A stretch of 64,000 bases of DNA from Eledone cirrhosa (Eukaryota), in assembly GCA_964016885.1 (NCBI GenBank), contig OZ024751.1:43338001-43402000 (forward strand), read 5' to 3'. The notes below the pieces were generated by a model. That model made no database searches. It was not told where the DNA came from and saw only the letters and a list, made by a program, of their open reading frames with translations. Shown in pieces: positions 27,518 to 43,193 of this stretch. Made by a program: the position numbers and the translations under genes. Every line of letters begins with the position of its first letter. Positions within the stretch are counted from its first letter, which is position 1.

Positions 27518-27908
27518 TATATTAATAAAAGGAATTCCAACTTTGTCTGATTTACTCGTTTTATTTACAATCCTTTAAAATTTATAATGATATTATAATG
27601 AAATAGTATGGTAAAATATTAAATGTTAAGTGTTAATTGAACAATTACTTTCATGCTTTCGCAATCTTCAGGTTCATATTGTGTGGTGATAGTCAAGTTT
27701 GCAATTTTCAACAGTTGAAAATTGCAAACTTGACTGTCACCACACAATATGAACCTGAAGATTGCGAAAGCATGAAAGTAATTGTTCAATTAACACTTAA
27801 CATTTAATATTTTACCATACTATTTCATTATAATATCATTATAAATTTTAAAGGATTGTAAATAAAACGAGTAAATCAGACAAAGTTGGAATTCCTTTTA
27901 TTAATATA
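27518..27908. mobile_element. Fold-back palindrome, 195-bp arms, centre 27713, with HHR
   Basis: One mismatch seen between arms; end repeated again at 28807-28850; abuts (TA)n. Confidence 0.85.
27750..27788 (+). ncRNA. Minimal type I hammerhead, stem III imperfect (mirror 27638-27676)
   Basis: tgaac-CTGAAGA-t tgc gaaa gca t-GAAA-gtaa-TT-gttca. Confidence 0.65.
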
Positions 27909-28058
27909 TATATATATATATATATGCATATATATGCATATATATATCTATATATGCATATATATATCTATATATATATGCATATATATATCTATATATA
28001 TATATGCATATATATATATCTATATATATATATGCATATATATATCTATATATATATA

Positions 28059-28105
<47 letters not shown>

Positions 28106-28107
28106 GC

Positions 28108-28139
<32 letters not shown>

Positions 28140-28141
28140 GC

Positions 28142-28172
<31 letters not shown>

Positions 28173-28289
28173 CATATATATATATGTATATATATATATA
28201 CATATATATATATACATATATATATATGTATATATATATATGCATGTATATATATATATACATATATATATATGTATATATATATATGC

Positions 28290-28332
<43 letters not shown>

Positions 28333-28756
28333 TATATATATATGCATATATATATATGCATATATATATATGCATATATATATATGCATATATATATATG
28401 CATATATATATATATGCTTATATATATATATGCATATATATATATGCATATATATATATGTATATATATATATATGCATATATATATATAGATATATATG
28501 CACATATATATAGATATATATATGCATATATATATATGCATATATATATATAGATATATATGCATATATATATATGCATATATATATATAGATATATATG
28601 CATATATATATATAGAGAGAGAGAGAGATATATAAGCACATATATATAGATATATATATATGCATATATATATATAGATATATATGCACATATATATAGA
28701 TATATATATGCATATATATATATAGATATATATGCACATATATATAGATATATATA

Positions 28757-28812
<56 letters not shown>

Positions 28813-28890
28813 TAAAAGGAATTCCAACTTTGTCTGATTTACTCGTTTTATATATATATTATGATGATTATATATCTATGTATATATACA

Positions 28891-28937
<47 letters not shown>

Positions 28938-28943
<6 letters not shown>

Positions 28944-29332
28944 CAGAAAAAAAGAGAATCAGTGTTGCGACGAATGGAATTTATTGGACATATTACAATC
29001 GTTTCTCTGGCGATCAGCTCGAGGCACGATCGATGTGATGATCGAACCTAACTCTGAAAATCGCAAGGTCCTCAGATACGTCTTGATTCTACGAAGCAGA
29101 TTTTCCTAAGACGTATCTGAGGACCTTGCGATTTTCAGAGTCAGGTTCGATCATCACATCGATCGTGCCTCGAGCTGATCGCCAGAGAAACGATTGTAAT
29201 ATGTCCAATAAATTCCATTCGTCGCAACACTGATTCTCTTTTTTTCTGTTATATCATACTCTGCTCTATGAGAGCATCGAGTGCTCATATGGCCTACCAC
29301 ATACGGACGCTTTAAGCATCCAACACCAATTA
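28938..29332. mobile_element. Fold-back palindrome (28938-29084 / 29108-29254) with right tail to about 29330, in (TA)n
   Basis: 147-bp arms, 23-nt spacer. Confidence 0.85.
29111..29204 (+). ncRNA. Type I hammerhead with long stem II insertion (mirror 28988-29081)
   Basis: acgtat-CTGAGGA-ccttgcgat...atcgccaga-GAAAC-gatt-GTA-atatgt followed by AATAAA. Confidence 0.7.
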
Positions 29333-29352
29333 TATATATATATGTATATATA

Positions 29353-29446
<94 letters not shown>

Positions 29447-30271
29447 GCCATATATATATATATATATACTCCATATATATATATATACGCACGCACACTT
29501 ATACACACACTTACACACATACAGACAAATGATGAATTAGTGTGTTTGTGAATACATTCAAAGTCGAGGCATAATCGTCAAATGTTTGTTAATGGAGCGT
29601 GGTAGGCTTCTTAAAGTCGCTAGTCACGTGGTATCAATCAAACCACATGTCAAAAAGAACTAAAATAAAATAATTTAAAAAAAAACTCTTTTAAATAAAT
29701 ACTTCCCACACCACTCTCTGCCACTACACGCATACACACACTCTCTGTCTCTCTCTCCCATACACATACACACTCACACGCATATTCACTCACATATACT
29801 TTCTCTCTCACACACACTTTGTCTCTCATACACATGCACACTCACACACAGTTTGTCTCTCACGCGCATTCTCACACATGCATAAACTTTCTCCCACATA
29901 TACACGCTCACACATACAGTGTTGTAGGATCTCCGTCGGTCGCGAAGAAGGGCGCACACATATGTAGTCGGCATAAGTTACAGCTACGTCCATTGTAAGT
30001 AAATAACATCGTTATGCTAATGAGGAATGACACGGTGTACATTGAATTCCATCAAAATGGCGCTGGCTATAACACAAAATTTCATCCAGTCCCCTATTCC
30101 ACACTAACATGGCGTCCTTATCCTATGTCGGCCCCTCAGAACACTTCATACCAAGGACGTTTATTTTACACATGATTGATGTCCTCGCTGTTCCCGTCTG
30201 AGCCCAATTTTACGTCCTTCAATTATTTGAATTTAAAACAAATAGTGTCCTGTCCACTTATTAAAAACGAT

Positions 30272-30524
30272 TACAATAACAACATTAACAACAACAACGA
30301 CGATGACGACAACGACGACGACAACAACAACAACAATAACAATAACGACGACAACAACGATGACAACAGCGAAGACGACAACGACAACGATGACAAGAAC
30401 AACGATGACAACAAGGACAACAAGGACAACGATGACAACAAGAACAACGATGACAACAAGGACAACGATGACAACAAGGACAACGAAGACGACAACGACA
30501 ACGAAGACAACAAGAACAACGAAG

Positions 30525-30558
<34 letters not shown>

Positions 30559-30593
30559 TGACAACAAGAACAACGAAGACGACAACGACAAGG
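30272..30593. repeat. (AAC/GAC)n compound microsatellite
   Basis: Direct inspection. Confidence 0.9.
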
Positions 30594-31032
30594 ATCTAAC
30601 GAGGTGCTATCTGTTTGATACTGTTTAGTGAGAGAAGGAAGAGCAACACTCATTGCCCTTCCCAGTGCTTCCGCGATCATGTGAAGAAGGACTGAAGGTA
30701 AACTGAAACCAGAATGTTTGCAACAGAAAATCTGTCAAGCGAATCTTTCCTGAGACAATCTAACTCTGTGCCCATAATATATATCATCATCATCAGCATC
30801 ATCATCCTTTTACGTCCGCTTTTCCCTGCTTGGAAGGGTGGGACGGGTCCTATCCAGCACAGCATCTCTCCATTTGTCACGGCCCTTCGTCATCTCCTCC
30901 GTGAGCTTCAGCAATTTGAGGTCTGCTCTCCCCATATATATATATATGTATGTAAAAGGTAATATATATATGTATGTATGTATGTATAGTAATAATAAAT
31001 GTGAAGACTAAAATCCGAAGAGGGCTCTCTTA

Positions 31033-31181
<149 letters not shown>

Positions 31182-31266
31182 AAAAATTGAACGGGAACAA
31201 AACAGAGAGGCAGTACGAACAAAGGTTTATTAGTTTCACGCTCTTGAGAGTGGGGTGGTGGTGGGG

Positions 31267-31300
31267 AACGACGTTTCGGGCATAAGCCCTTCTTCAGGTG
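31267..31300 (-). ncRNA. Minimal hammerhead core typical of Penelope-like element ends; element about 31178-31400, tails also at 1410-1497 and 25813-25892
   Basis: CTGAAGA-A-gggc ttat gccc-GAAA-cg-TC; stem I weak. Confidence 0.65.
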
Positions 31301-31558
31301 AAAAGTGTGTGAGAAGAGAGTTCCAAGGGTGTGTAGGGGAGTGGTGGAGAAACATATAGAAAAAAGGGGGTGAGAGGAAACGGTGCAAATGAAATTAAAT
31401 ATAAAGGCATGATCAAAATAAAATTAAAAATACACATGGAGTAAAACAGGTGGTGGAAGAGTGTGGGGCGTGTAGGGGTGGTGGCGGGTGGAGTGGGGAG
31501 AGGGAGACGGGGTGACCGAGCGGGGAGGGCTGAAGGTGGTGTGTGTGTTTAGGTGTAC

Positions 31559-31589
<31 letters not shown>

Positions 31590-32160
31590 AAAGTAAGAGT
31601 TGGGGGAAGAACGGGGTTGCATGTTCAGGGAGAGGTGTGTGTGGGGTGGGGTGTAGGTCGGAGTGTGTGTGCGTGTGTGGATAGAGGGGGGGGGGGATTC
31701 TGGAGGCTGAATGTGTAAATTACATACATATATATACTCCGGCACTGATTAAAGGTTCGACATTTTGTGTTTTTGTTGCATTTGAAAATACGACATGTTA
31801 TTCTACATTTCAGTTTCTGTATAAATCTTGAACCACACACACACAGTTACATTACATAGGAGTAACAGAACGTCCATGTTACAAGTGCATGACCTTGAAA
31901 AGGTCAAGGATTTGCGGTTCACCAAAATATACGAGATAACATTCAACCGAATTTTTCAAATTCACAGTAAATACAAGTTGGTTGAAGTATGCAAATATGT
32001 TGCATCTGTTCTACAATTGTCTCTCGTTGTTGTCTGATACCAACAAAAGAATCTTGTCTCACATTTACTTCAATACATTTAGCTTTAATAAAGAACAGAT
32101 TTATAATTGAAAGGAAAATAGGAAATGAAGACAAGTCCATTTATCTATTTTTGGCTTTAA

Positions 32161-32203
<43 letters not shown>

Positions 32204-32213
32204 TATATATAAG

Positions 32214-32283
<70 letters not shown>

Positions 32284-32375
32284 TATAAGTGTATAAATAT
32301 CTATATATCTATATATATAAATAAGTATATAAATATATATAAATATATAAATATATATATATATATAAAAATAAG

Positions 32376-32406
<31 letters not shown>

Positions 32407-32437
32407 GTAGATATATGTATATATATATATAAGTATA

Positions 32438-32519
<82 letters not shown>

Positions 32520-32674
32520 TGTTTGAGTGTATATATGTATAAATATAGCCACATTTAAGTTGTAGACATAATACATACTACAAGAATATCTTCATATATA
32601 TGTGTGTGTGTATATGAGAGAGAGAGTGAGAGTATAATATGGATAAATAACTATTTATCTATAGCTATATATAT

Positions 32675-32742
<68 letters not shown>

Positions 32743-32842
32743 GACTATATTCATAGACATAAGTGCATGTCAACATATGAATAAAAGATAAAAGTTTGCA
32801 TGTATGTATGTATATATGTGTGAATATATATATGTATATGTG

Positions 32843-32991
<149 letters not shown>

Positions 32992-33017
32992 ATATATATA
33001 TACATATAGGTATATAC

Positions 33018-33048
<31 letters not shown>

Positions 33049-33057
33049 TATTGTATG

Positions 33058-33133
<76 letters not shown>

Positions 33134-33285
33134 TATATATATCGGCAACAGGTTAACAACAATGGCTGCAATGTAACTTTCGCTACATTCTTGATTTTAT
33201 TTCGGGATAATGTTATTTACATAAGATATTGCTGTTATTTTAATATATTTTCAATTTTTCTCTCTTTCTTTCACTTAGAAACCCA

Positions 33286-33356
<71 letters not shown>

Positions 33357-33362
33357 ACTCTC

Positions 33363-33397
<35 letters not shown>

Positions 33398-34815
33398 CTC
33401 TCTCTTTCTCTCTCTCCCTCTCTCTCTCTATCAGACACATAAACAGACACTCAGACACACACATACACGTACATATATGCACATACATACATCTATATGT
33501 ACATATATGTATACACACTCACTTAAAATTTCATCTGACTATTTATGAATGAACACAAATTTCAAACTACAGTCATTGATCACTTCGCAATCATGAGGGA
33601 CCCTTTTCGATTCCACCCCATTAAATTTTGGTCAATTTTTTTTTTTATCGTAGCTTCGTGGTAAGGGTGTTGGACTTACAATCATAATGTCACGGGTTCG
33701 ATACCTGGACTGGGTTGTGTGTTGTGGTCTTGAGCAAAACACTTCATTTCACGTTGCTGCAGTATACTCAGCTGAAAATGAATACCAGTAATAGCTGGGG
33801 GTTTAACCCTGCGATGGACTGGAGTCCTGTCAAGGAAGGAGTCTTCTAGTCTCAGACGCTTAACGCCATTGAACCGGGATAAACGCCGGCCTGATGATCC
33901 TCCAGGCTCGAGACACATTTCAGACTTTAGACTATGATCGACCCCAAATTTGTTACTAGAAATTAGGTAGAAGGAAACTGTGTGGAAGCTCGTTGGATAA
34001 ACTATACCAGTATTTCAAATATGCGATTTTGACAAATTTTGACAAATATGCGATGTTGTCACATTTTGTCATTTTGATTCCACTTGTAAATAATATTAGG
34101 GGTTATATAAAAATCGTTCAATAATATTTCATTGAATAACTGGACACCCATACGTCGTTCTCGACGGGAGAGACCTTCGTTATAGTTTTAAAAGCAAATG
34201 TGTTCATATAGGCATAGGCATGGCTGTATGGTTAAGGGGTTCGCTTCGCAACCACGGGGTTCGAGTTTCACAGGACCTTGGGCAATTGTTTTCTACTGTA
34301 ACCTTCTGTTGATTACTGTCTAGAGAATAGGCTACGGTAAACACTGACCCCCCTCACATACGTACATACATACACACATACATACTTGCACCCAACCGCT
34401 CACACATGTCCATACATACATACGCACATACATTCATACATACATACGTGATGGCTGCCCCCTCGTTATCGAGTATGGCCATTGCACAATATAACATTAT
34501 TAATAGTTATTAATTAATGCTATCGTGCAATGCCTGTGCGTTGAGATTTTTTTTGAAGTGAGGAAAGACTGTGCACTGAGCCAATCCCACTCTCTGAGCA
34601 ACAGTAGCTATAACTCAAAAAGATGAAAAAATCAGCAGCATCGGTAACTACTGAGCCGCAGGATTTATGTCGGAGTTATCCCAGTTTCCTGAGTTACCTT
34701 CTCCTAGAAGAATGCCCTGACAGAGGCTAGGGGTCCTTCACTCCCAGTGGTTTAACCGCGTGATCGGGTGTCCAGCCCGATTATTTCTATATCCCCACGC
34801 ATATATATACATATG

Positions 34816-34849
<34 letters not shown>

Positions 34850-35140
34850 TATGTATATATATGCGTGGGGATATGTGTACATATGTATATACAATCATAC
34901 ATACATACATACATACATACATACATACATACATACATACATACATACATACATACATACATACATGTTCACACACATGCAGCTGTGCATGTGTACCATA
35001 CATACTTTTTTCTCATTAGTAAAATAACGATTTGACTTCATTTTAGGAACACTTTACCAGCTTAGTAGTGTCTGTTTTAAGTCTGTAACTAAGTATTTGT
35101 GCATACATCAAAAACAGTATACGTGAACTGGTGTGTGTGG

Positions 35141-35180
<40 letters not shown>

Positions 35181-35184
35181 AATG

Positions 35185-35243
<59 letters not shown>

Positions 35244-35305
35244 ATAATGTTTATATATATATATATACATATATATATGTATATATATATAAACATATAT
35301 ATGTT

Positions 35306-35338
<33 letters not shown>

Positions 35339-35787
35339 GTATATATATAAACATATATATATATATATAAACATATATATACATATAAACACATATATAT
35401 AAACATATATATATATAAACATATATATATAAACACACATATATATATATAAACATATATAAACATATATAAACATATATAAACATATATATATATATAC
35501 ATACATACACACAATGTTAAGCAATAAAAGAATAAGAACAATGTGAAGAACTAGTTAAATCGTATTGTTATCCATTGTTTAACATTATATAAGAGACTGT
35601 GTAGTTTTAAATACTCGACGACACCAACGAGAATATCGTCTTTCTACATAAACACATTTCACTCTACTTCGATAGGATATTCACACAACAGTACCACAGC
35701 CCAGAGCTTCTAAAATGATTATAAACCCTACACTGGCTAAGTAGGATACTCACCTATATATATATATATCTATCTATCTATCTATCT

Positions 35788-36019
35788 AAGGCGGGTAAAA
35801 TTCCCGAGATCCATGGACGAGTTCTCTCCAGCGGTCTCTGTCCCTCATTATCACTGCCATGTGACACAGAGGAGACTGAGGTTGGCTGGACATGCTCACC
35901 GATATCCAGAGTTGACATTGCACTCAGTGCTCCTTTGGGAGCCCCTACATGGACACACTAGAAGAGGAAGACCAAGGTTAACGTATGTTGATGCCCTAAG
36001 GACAGACACTGGTCTGTTG

Positions 36020-36023
<4 letters not shown>
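35788..36023. mobile_element. RTE-clade LINE 3' fragment with internal inversion
   Basis: 35863-36023 (+) encodes QRRLRLAGHAHR...LLWEPLHGHTRRGRPRLTYVD; 35788-35862 is the adjacent 3' end on -. Confidence 0.8.
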
Positions 36024-36059
<36 letters not shown>

Positions 36060-36131
36060 CGTTTCTAATAAAATGTTCTTTTCTAATAAAAACGATTATT
36101 TTTTCGTGTGTATCGCGACGTTTGGTCCACC

Positions 36132-36183
<52 letters not shown>

Positions 36184-36406
36184 TAAAATAACAGATTAAA
36201 GTTTAAGCAAAGAATCGCTGCTTTCACCCTTAACGGGATCTTCTGAAACTAAAAAAGTCAATCTGGGAACGCAGAAGTAAATATTTCAAAAACCGTTGCA
36301 ACCGAAGGAAGACAGGAAGACGATACTTTGGTTCGTGGAAACGTTCCCTGGCAAAGAGCCCTCTTTGGATTTTAGTCTTCAAATTTATTATTATTACTAT
36401 TATTAC

Positions 36407-36498
<92 letters not shown>

Positions 36499-36638
36499 GG
36501 ATATCCGTAGATAAAAGACCAAGGAAAACAATGCTCAATCTATTTTTTCTTTTGCATGAGAGCTTATTTAGTATAATTAAAATTTAATTTCATACACTTA
36601 ACATGTGCTTACAGGTTAAGTGTATGACATTTTAATTA

Positions 36639-36710
<72 letters not shown>

Positions 36711-36784
36711 GTGTGTGTGTGTGTGTGTGCGTGTGTCTTCAAATACCAATGTGCACACTAAACTGGTTTTAATTCTCTTTCCAG

Positions 36785-36915
36785 ATTCATCCCTTACGAT
36801 TGGTCACCTTGTAGTGTCACGTGTGGTACTGGGGTGAAAACGAGGCGTGTCCCTTGTAAGATATTTTTACAATTTCTTAATGAAGTTACAGAGGTTCCGC
36901 ACAAAGAATGTATTG
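36785..36915 (+). CDS. ADAMTS-like exon F (TSP1 repeat, first part); absent as such from the ORF track
   Basis: ctctttccAG|A, G|GTaagt; phase 2 to 1. RFIPYDWSPCSVTCGTGVKTRRVPCKIFLQFLNEVTEVPHKECI resembles the ADAMTSL1-type FIP..WS.C.VTCG.G...R.V.C motif (comparison from memory). Confidence 0.92.
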
Positions 36916-37699
36916 GTAAGTTAATGAGAATTATTATAATTAGCATTGTTATTGTATGGCTGCTCAGCATAGACCCTTACCTTAAATCTGGAAATAAGAC
37001 TGAATGGAGTCTTCACTTGCATATTAAGGGTTGCTATGAATGTCACTTGGAGAGATCGTCTGACCAATGAGTGAATGTATGAAAACCTTCGTCCAGTATC
37101 AGATATTATCAAAGAACGTAGAGTCAAATTCCTTTGTGGGAGCCTACACAAAGTAGAGCTAACAAAGAACGACAAGCCAAGGCCTATATCGGTAAGCGAG
37201 TGAGGTCTGGGATCTTATCGATTCGGATCATGATTACTTATAATCTATGCAATAAAATTCATCTTTTGTAACCTGGAGACTGTACAAAACTTGGTTAACC
37301 AATAATAGTTTCAATCTGGGAGTTTTACTTGCTTTCAGACGAGAACACGTGTTGAAACAAAAGCAATGACTTCGGCAAAAAATCATTTTAGCCATTTGAA
37401 AAACAGACAAAAATTGTTGTATTCGCCACCACGAAATAAACTGCTGACTAAACACATTTAAGATATAAACACTTGTTTTTATTTACAAGTAAAAAAAACA
37501 TAAAGATGATATTTTCTAAACCACAACATAAATATAAACACAAAGGTCCCAAACACTTCACAGATCATAAACGCTTGAAAAAAAACACCCATCTTTAGAA
37601 ACATGTATCTAAATTAAAATTTAAAAATATATGTGTGCAAATATAATTACATACAAGAAGCATTTCTTAAATAGCTGCTGTAAGTCAAGTTTTTTTCAA

Positions 37700-37817
37700 A
37701 GTTTAACAATAGAATACCGATTAGTAGTTTTTAATCTTTGTATTTGAATCGTGTGTGAACGCATATGAATGTCTGGTCACAAGAGAGGTGTATATATATA
37801 TATACCTCACAAGAGAG

Positions 37818-37851
<34 letters not shown>

Positions 37852-38482
37852 CACAAGAGAGGTGTATATATATATGTGTATGTATATATATGTGTATGTA
37901 TATATATATATGTGTGTATGTATATATATATACATGAAGGCACATGGCTTAGTGGTTAGAGCATGCAATCGAAAGGTTGTGAGTTCAATTCTCAGACCGG
38001 GTGATGTGTTGTTTCCTTGAGCAAGACACTTTATTTCACATTGCTCCAGTTTACTCAGCTGTAGAAATGAGATGATAGAAACTGGGATCCCTATCATTCC
38101 ACTGCAAAGTGGTCGTGGAGGTGCCACGGCAAAAAAAGCACCCAGCCCACACTGTAAATGAGGTTGGTGTTAGGAAGGGCATCCAGCTGTAGAAATCGAG
38201 CCAGAATCAGTTCCCGTCCCACCCTTGCAAGCAGGGAAAAGGGGACGTAAAATGAAATGAAAATGAAATGAATGAAATATACACACATATATATAAAGGT
38301 GCCTAGCCTACATATATGGGGTCCGTTGTATATGTTTACTCCATCATTCTCTACTGTTGTGGTATCTTTAATACGTAAACCCGACATACTCTACCCCTCT
38401 TGTGACCAAACATCCATATACATTCACACACCATTCAAATACAAAGATTAAAAACTAACAATCGGTATTCTATTGTTAAACT
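37700..38482. repeat. About 90-bp inverted repeat (37700-37789 / 38393-38482) enclosing a SINE family 2 copy
   Basis: agtttaacaatagaataccgatt...ggtcacaagag and its reverse complement, with several mismatches. Confidence 0.75.
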
Positions 38483-38870
38483 GAACCTTTTCCTATTACC
38501 CACTCTACTACCCAAAGTATCGAGTGGACCATAACTCACCAGAGTACTCGATACTTTGGGTAGTAGAGTGGGTAATAGGAAAAGGTTCAGGACCCCGACG
38601 GCGGCAGAGCTCAAGCTGTTTCGACGGCTATTTCTGGACTCAGAAATCCAGAAATAGCCGTCGAAACGGCTTGATCTCTGCCGTCGGGGTCCTGAACCTT
38701 TTCCTATATATATATATATAGAAAAAGGTTCAGGACCCCGACGGCAGAGATCAAGCCGTTTCGACGGCTATTTCTGGATTTCTGAGTCTCCAGAAATAGC
38801 CGTCGAAACAGCTTGAGCTCTGCCGCCGGCGGGGTCCTGAACTTTTTCCTATTACCCACTCTACTACCCA
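38483..38870. mobile_element. Chain of family B palindromes (centres about 38535, 38643, 38712, 38786)
   Basis: Alternating inverted copies of the HHR 3' half and tail. Confidence 0.8.
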
Positions 38871-39108
38871 ATATATATATATGATAAATGGGAACAAAGA
38901 ATCATACATGCGAGGACTTCCACGTAGGTTCGAACTACAACTTGTCCGAGATACGACACACGAGGAGAAAAGCGCCACCTTGTGACTGTAACATTAAACT
39001 CCTGAACGAACTCTGCCACTCATATTTATATATGTATTTATGTGTAAATGAATGTATTAGCATATTATATATGTATGTAAATTCTCTCTCTCTCTATATA
39101 TATATATT

Positions 39109-39202
<94 letters not shown>

Positions 39203-39430
39203 TGTGTGTGTCACACCACCTCTCTTTTTCATATGTGTGTACGTCAGTAAATATATAATACATACATCCATACATATGTGTGCATGTATGCGTATATATA
39301 TATATGCTAGCATATATATATGCGTATATATATATATATATGCATGCACACATATATATGTATGTAAGTTTGTATGTATATATGCATGCATATATGTATA
39401 TATATCTATCTATGTATGTATATATATGTA

Positions 39431-39501
<71 letters not shown>

Positions 39502-39819
39502 GTTTGTAAATATTGTGCTTATAACTGGATATATATTACACTTAAGCATGCTTTAAATATTTAGCACTTAAATCTACATGTTCATGGCGTCTAATATACA
39601 GGATTAATTCTATACAGGATATATACGTATCTGTATACACACGTATAGACACACACATATATATATACACGTATAGACACACACACACATATACACACGT
39701 GTGTGTGTATATTTTCATGGGTGAATAAAATTGCACGTAAAAGTGTCATATGCTGCATATTTGTACTGGTGGGCATCTGTGTGTGTGTGTGCGCGCGCAC
39801 ATTTTATACACACATACGA

Positions 39820-39856
<37 letters not shown>

Positions 39857-39919
39857 CATACATAGATATAGACCAAGGAAAATAAGCTCTCTGTGTAATG
39901 TGCGTATAATACATAAATG

Positions 39920-39978
<59 letters not shown>

Positions 39979-40081
39979 ATATATATGTATATATGTATGT
40001 ATATATATATGTATATATGTATATATATATGTATATATCTATGTATATATATATATGTATATATATGTATATATGTATATG

Positions 40082-40443
<362 letters not shown>

Positions 40444-40484
40444 CGAGACATAAGTCAATTGCATGAACTCATAATCCTTTATTT

Positions 40485-40540
40485 ACTGCTATATATATTT
40501 CGATGATAGCCATTGAATGGCTATGACCTCATCAGGCAGT
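40485..40540 (-). ncRNA. Type I hammerhead ribozyme
   Basis: actgc-CTGATGA-ggt c atagccat tca atggctat c atc-GAAA-tatata-TA-gcagt, then AATAAA. Confidence 0.8.
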
Positions 40541-40989
40541 TAGTCAGTTCTTAGATATGCCAGCTCTGTGTTTGCAGTGTTGATGGTATCAGAGCCTTGG
40601 GACATATGTCAATAGGGCGCACCTACAACTCTACAAGGAGTTACGGGACCATATATATATATATATATATATATATATGGTCCCGTAACTCCTCGCAAGG
40701 ACTCTATATCTTTGATATATTGTTTTTTGTTTATGCCACGAAACTACGTAGTCGAGGAATTTAGGAACAGTTTAGGTATGATACATTTTATTACTAATTA
40801 TATCTAAATGTTTCTTCTCTCTTCATAATGTATATATATATATATATATGACATGTGGCATTTCTAAGGCAATTTTATATTTTACACCTGTCGGAACCCA
40901 TCCCTCTCCTGGTCTGAATACAGCAGATTTCTTCCAGAGAAATGATAGAGAGTTCGAGAATGGAAGTGAGGAAGAGATATAGAGGAAGA

Positions 40990-41145
40990 ATCTTCCCCAG
41001 TACTAGACTGGTACTTTTTTTATCGACCTGGAACGGATGAAAGGCAAAGTTGACCTCGGCTGGATTTGATCTCAGCGAGCAGAGAACCGAAACGAATACC
41101 ACAAGGTATTGTATTCGACGTTCTAACGACTCTGCCAACTCCCCT
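40990..41145 (-). mobile_element. Diverged SINE family 1 copy
   Basis: ggatgaaaggcaaagttgacctcggctggatttgatctcag. Confidence 0.7.
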
Positions 41146-41313
41146 TATGGAACTAGCTGTTTAAACGACATCAGCTTAGCCGTCGGGGTCCTGACTCTGT
41201 ATAATATATATATATATATATGGCGCATGTCTCTCATACAGTGGATATGACGCATGTCTCTCAGACATGACAACCCTTAATTTAATTTGGGATATATATA
41301 TAAATATATATAA

Positions 41314-41393
<80 letters not shown>

Positions 41394-41544
41394 AAACGGA
41401 AAAATGAAACGATATTTCATTTTTTCCGTTTATCGTTTTCGGTGCACCCGGCCGATTAACCCACTCGATATGCAAATTGGGCTACTCAGCCGTTAATATG
41501 CATAAGGTAAGTATATACGTTCAACAATCTGGCAGGAAGGTATA

Positions 41545-41585
41545 CGTTGCTGACGATAGCTAACAAGCTTGAAACTAGTACAGCG
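41545..41585 (+). ncRNA. Minimal type I hammerhead in element 41395-41795, homolog of 23127-23167
   Basis: cgttg-CTGACGA-t agct aaca agct t-GAAA-ctag-TA-cagcg. Confidence 0.82.
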
Positions 41586-42018
41586 TTCCTTTGTCAGTGT
41601 TGAACAAACGAGCAACGGTGGTTGCTAGACACTACGGCTTAATACGGGATGTTTGTTTACAAACACACCGAGCATTATAATAAATGTTCGGTGAATCCAT
41701 ACGTGCATATATATATGTGTGCATGTATGTATATATATATATATACATACTACTGTACGTCGGTATACATATATGTATGTACGTGTACATACTTATATAT
41801 ATATATATATATATATTCCGTTGCTTAAACCATTTTGTTTGTTACCCTAACGTCCCCTTTATTTACGTGTCCCAACGACTTTTTTTAGCCGTTGTTCGCA
41901 CCAACCTGAGGCATATGGCCCTTAAAGCGATGAAATGCCTGGGACGGTTGGAGGGTCACTGATGAAGGACTTACTTTTTCATATGCACCACCATTTGCAA
42001 CGCGCAGCCATCATTATT

Positions 42019-42091
<73 letters not shown>

Positions 42092-42767
42092 CCAAAATTA
42101 AATTAAGGGTTGTCATGTCTGAGAGACATGCGCCATATCCACTGTATATATATATGGTGGGGTGCATGTATGTGCATGTTTATATATACATACATATCAT
42201 TCATACATACAGCAATAACTAACATTCGTCTTATATTCCATTCTGACTGAGAGTTAGCAGGTGACTGCCATTAACATTAACATAACAATAGATCGTTAAT
42301 CAGTGAATTGTCAATGAAAGGATTAGTTAGAAAGTTACATATGTTAAGAAGATTTACTGAATTTCTCAACCGAACGAAAATACTTGTAACGCAGTTGTAT
42401 TTTTGCGTGTGTTTGTGTGTGTGTGTGTTTGTGTTTGTGTGTGTGTTTGTTTGTGTGTGTGTGTGTTTGTGTGTGTGTTTGTGTTTGTGTGTGTATTTGT
42501 GTGTGGGGGGGGTTGTGTTTGGGTGTGTGTTTGTGTGTGTATTTGTGTGTGTATTTGTGTGTGTGTGTGTTTGTGTGTGTATTTGTGTGTGTGTTTTTGT
42601 GTGTGTTTGTGTTTGTGTGTGTGTTTGTGTGTGTATTTGTGTGTGTGTGTGTGTTGGTGTGTGTGTGTGTTTGTGTTTGGGTGTGTGTTTGTGTGTGTAT
42701 TTGGGTGTGTGTGTGTGTTTGTGTGTGTATTTGGGTGTGTGTGTGTGTGTGTGTTTGTGTGTGTGTT

Positions 42768-42803
<36 letters not shown>

Positions 42804-42885
42804 CTTTGAAGTGGTTTACAAAGTCACAACGACCTACTTGCTGCAATTCCCCAACAGCGCCTCCTTTCTCTCCTCCCTCCCTCTT

Positions 42886-42921
<36 letters not shown>

Positions 42922-43151
42922 GCCTGCCCTCCTTTTCTCTCCTACTCTCTCTTTCCCCTACCTCTCTCTTATCCTCTCTTCCCCCTCTCTCTCTCTCTCT
43001 CTCTCTCCCACTTCCCTGTCTCTCTCCCACCACTTTCTCTCTCCTTCTCTCGCTTGCTCCATCTCTCTCTCTCTCTCTCTCTCCCGCCATCTCCCCTCGC
43101 TCTTTCTCCTCTTCCTCTCTCGGTCTCGCACCCTTCCTCCATTTCTCTCCA

Positions 43152-43193
<42 letters not shown>

